Shown here: one piece after another, positions 63,334 through 64,000 of the stretch | How the letters are laid out: each line of letters begins with the position of its first letter | How positions within the stretch are numbered: the first letter of the stretch is position 1 | From: Octopus vulgaris | Taxonomy: Eukaryota | Assembly (NCBI GenBank): GCA_951406725.2 | Contig: OX597832.1 | Location: 51,026,001 to 51,090,000 of the forward strand | Length of the DNA stretch: 64,000 bases | Reading direction: 5' to 3' | Program-made: the position numbers and the translations under genes | Notes under the pieces: generated by a model | What the model saw: the letters and a program-made list of their open reading frames with translations, nothing else | Database searches by the model: none | Told to the model about the DNA's origin: nothing

Positions 63334-64000
63334 TATCTGGTTCAAATATTCTACTTGTTTTATGTTCAAAGTGGCCAGATCCTGCTTTTCACACTTAACC
63401 TACAATATGACTCTAAAAAATAAACAAATACATCATCAAAATCTCAAAGCTACGAGAGATAATGCATGATTGATTCCAAACATGGTGGATAAATATGCAT
63501 TACAATCGAGAGAGTAATCTGAATACAAAAAGGGTTAAAGACACAAGGCACCACCTGATCCTGGAAATGAACTCACAACATCATGATCATGAGCCAAACA
63601 TCCTGACTACTCAGCCACATCCTTTTTTCCATGCTAGCATGAGTTAGATAAGTACATATTATTGAAGTATTGTTCTACAGCTGGATGCCCTTCCTTTACA
63701 AATACTTTTTTTTTTATTCTACCAGGCTTCCAAAGCACAAAACTAGCAGATGCATTACCGACAAGGAATATCATCAAAAAAATAGCCAACAATTCTCACA
63801 GACTCCTTCACCACACATTTTCTCTTCACAATAAGTTAACTTTCCATATTTCAGTAATTATATACAAAGATTAAAAGAATTTTAAGAAGACATCATCATC
63901 ATCATCGTTTAACGTCCGTTTTCCATGCTAGCATGGGTTGGACGGTTCGCCTGGGGTCTGGGAAGCCAGGATCTGCACCAGACTCCAGTCTGATCTGGCA

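Overview
AT-rich, microsatellite- and SINE-dense animal genomic DNA. The repeat families look cephalopod, probably Octopus; this is inferred, not verified. Four protein genes can be read from the sequence: (1) an intronless SARAF/TMEM66-like ORF (-) between two related MITEs; (2) PACRG (+), with four clear exons at 27087-32913 and a tentative first coding exon at about 7.6 kb; (3) a complete 7-exon USB1 (-, 279 aa, convergent with PACRG); (4) the last five exons of ZC3H13/Flacc (-), an m6A-writer subunit. The rest is three abundant SINE families, several MITE families (GG-terminal 8-bp-TSD, hAT, piggyBac-like), pogo and mariner relics, R4/Dong, CR1 and RTE LINE fragments, and mini/microsatellites. 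Most ORFs in the supplied track are artefacts of these repeats. Two observations stand out. First, a ZC3H13 intron contains a ~95-nt, ~90%-identical INVERTED copy of the next coding exon, captured inside a retroelement insertion, which would fold the pre-mRNA into an exon:intron duplex (candidate ADAR editing-complementary sequence). Second, that retroelement is a tRNA-headed SINE carrying a Penelope-type minimal hammerhead motif, and about 10 minimal hammerhead-like motifs of several variant types occur across the window. Coordinates were counted by hand; repeat boundaries are approximate.
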